Shown here in pieces: positions 15,910 to 16,380 of a stretch of DNA of 16,380 bases (position 1 is the first letter of the stretch; every line of letters starts with the position of its first letter). The notes under the pieces are model-generated. The model was not told the DNA's origin, did no database searches, and was given only the letters and a program-made list of their open reading frames with translations. The stretch is from positions 1 to 16,380 of the forward strand of contig PBAU01000005.1 of the NCBI GenBank assembly GCA_002716355.1, in the 5' to 3' direction. The position numbers and the translations under genes are program-made. Source of the stretch: a bacterium. Lineage in GTDB: Bacteria; UBP7; UBA6624.

Positions 15910-16380
15910 TTATTTTTTCTTGTTGTGAGCAGCCTTCAAACCATAAAGTGAAGAAACAACACCAACAGAAGCAGCAACAGTTATAACAGACCAGATAAAC
16001 ATCATCAAATCACTAACCATTCCGCCGCCGCCGATTCCACCAAAGAAACCAGCAATTGCTGACATAGCCCAACCTAAGAGTGAAACACCTAGAGTCCATG
16101 AAAGATTCTTTTTCCATTGACCTGCAATAGTTGGGTATCTCTTTAATGCAGTAGTAAATGAATTAACAAAACCTTCATCCTCTCCATCAGCATGAATCAC
16201 CATCATTGCAGCTGGAAGTCCAATCAGTATCAAAGATATTGAACCCCATAGCCATGCATCAGCACCGCCAGAGACCATAGCTTTAACATTAGGCATCATA
16301 AACATGTCGCCTTTCATCATTGTAGGAGCAGTAATGTTTACAGGAACATTCTTCAAAATCATTCCCCAGATCCATATAGT
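15910..16380 (-). CDS. Hypothetical glycine-rich integral membrane protein, possibly 5'-partial because the frame stays open to the window edge
   Basis: Several hydrophobic helices (WLWGSISLILIGLPAAMMVI, LGVSLLGWAMSAIAGFFGGIGGGG, LMMFIWSVITVAASVGVV) and a basic C-terminal tail (HNKKK). Codons upstream of the ATG at 16362 (TIWIWG) contain no stop up to nt 16380. I recognise no family. Confidence 0.5.
   Translation of the reverse strand, partial: TIWIWGMILKNVPVNITAPTMMKGDMFMMPNVKAMVSGGADAWLWGSISLILIGLPAAMMVIHADGEDEGFVNSFTTALKRYPTIAGQWKKNLSWTLGVSLLGWAMSAIAGFFGGIGGGGMVSDLMMFIWSVITVAASVGVVSSLYGLKAAHNKKK

Noticed and set aside
16022-16033. (CCG)4 trinucleotide run
   Set aside because: It is in frame and simply encodes the GGGG tract of the membrane protein. 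It is too short to call a functional repeat.
1-16380. Mobile elements, prophage genes, defence systems (RM, TA, CBASS, Cas), biosynthetic clusters, and tRNA or rRNA genes
   Set aside because: I recognised no integrase, transposase, nuclease or ATPase defence-like ORF, and no long inverted or direct repeats beyond those listed. There is no non-coding stretch longer than 66 nt that could hold an RNA gene.

Overview
This is an AT-rich, extremely gene-dense bacterial chromosomal segment. By my count only about 320 of 16,380 nt lie outside ORFs. The content is mostly core housekeeping, arranged in four tightly packed co-directional blocks. (i) + strand: a 5'-partial acidic-repeat protein, leuS, an archaeal-type PGI/PMI-like SIS protein and a lipoprotein. 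(ii) - strand: a membrane-anchored Cys-free thioredoxin-like protein, a class-III aminotransferase, ispE, a MobA-like nucleotidyltransferase and a BON lipoprotein. (iii) + strand: glmS, a cupin, a beta-lactamase-family serine hydrolase, a tandem-DsbA protein, then purB, purC, purS and purQ. (iv) - strand: a glycine-rich membrane protein that runs off the right edge. Blocks are separated by two hairpin terminators placed between convergent genes. Many neighbouring genes have overlapping stop and start codons (ATGA, GTGA, TAATG). TGA acts as a stop, so the standard bacterial code applies, and Shine-Dalgarno sites (AGGAG/GGAGG) are present. Lipobox lipoproteins, a BON domain and DsbA-like proteins suggest a diderm-type envelope. 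I found no rRNA, tRNA, CRISPR array, transposase, integrase, or recognisable defence or toxin system. I do not see compelling evidence for a new multi-gene system. The most unusual items are listed here. First, a perfect GC-rich 24-nt tandem repeat at the left edge. Second, ispE translationally coupled to an uncharacterised MobA-like nucleotidyltransferase and a PatA-like aminotransferase. Third, a fused double-DsbA protein with an extra Cys-containing middle domain. Fourth, a Cys-free thioredoxin-like membrane protein only 27 nt from the divergent glmS. All family assignments come from motif recognition by eye; no searches were run.
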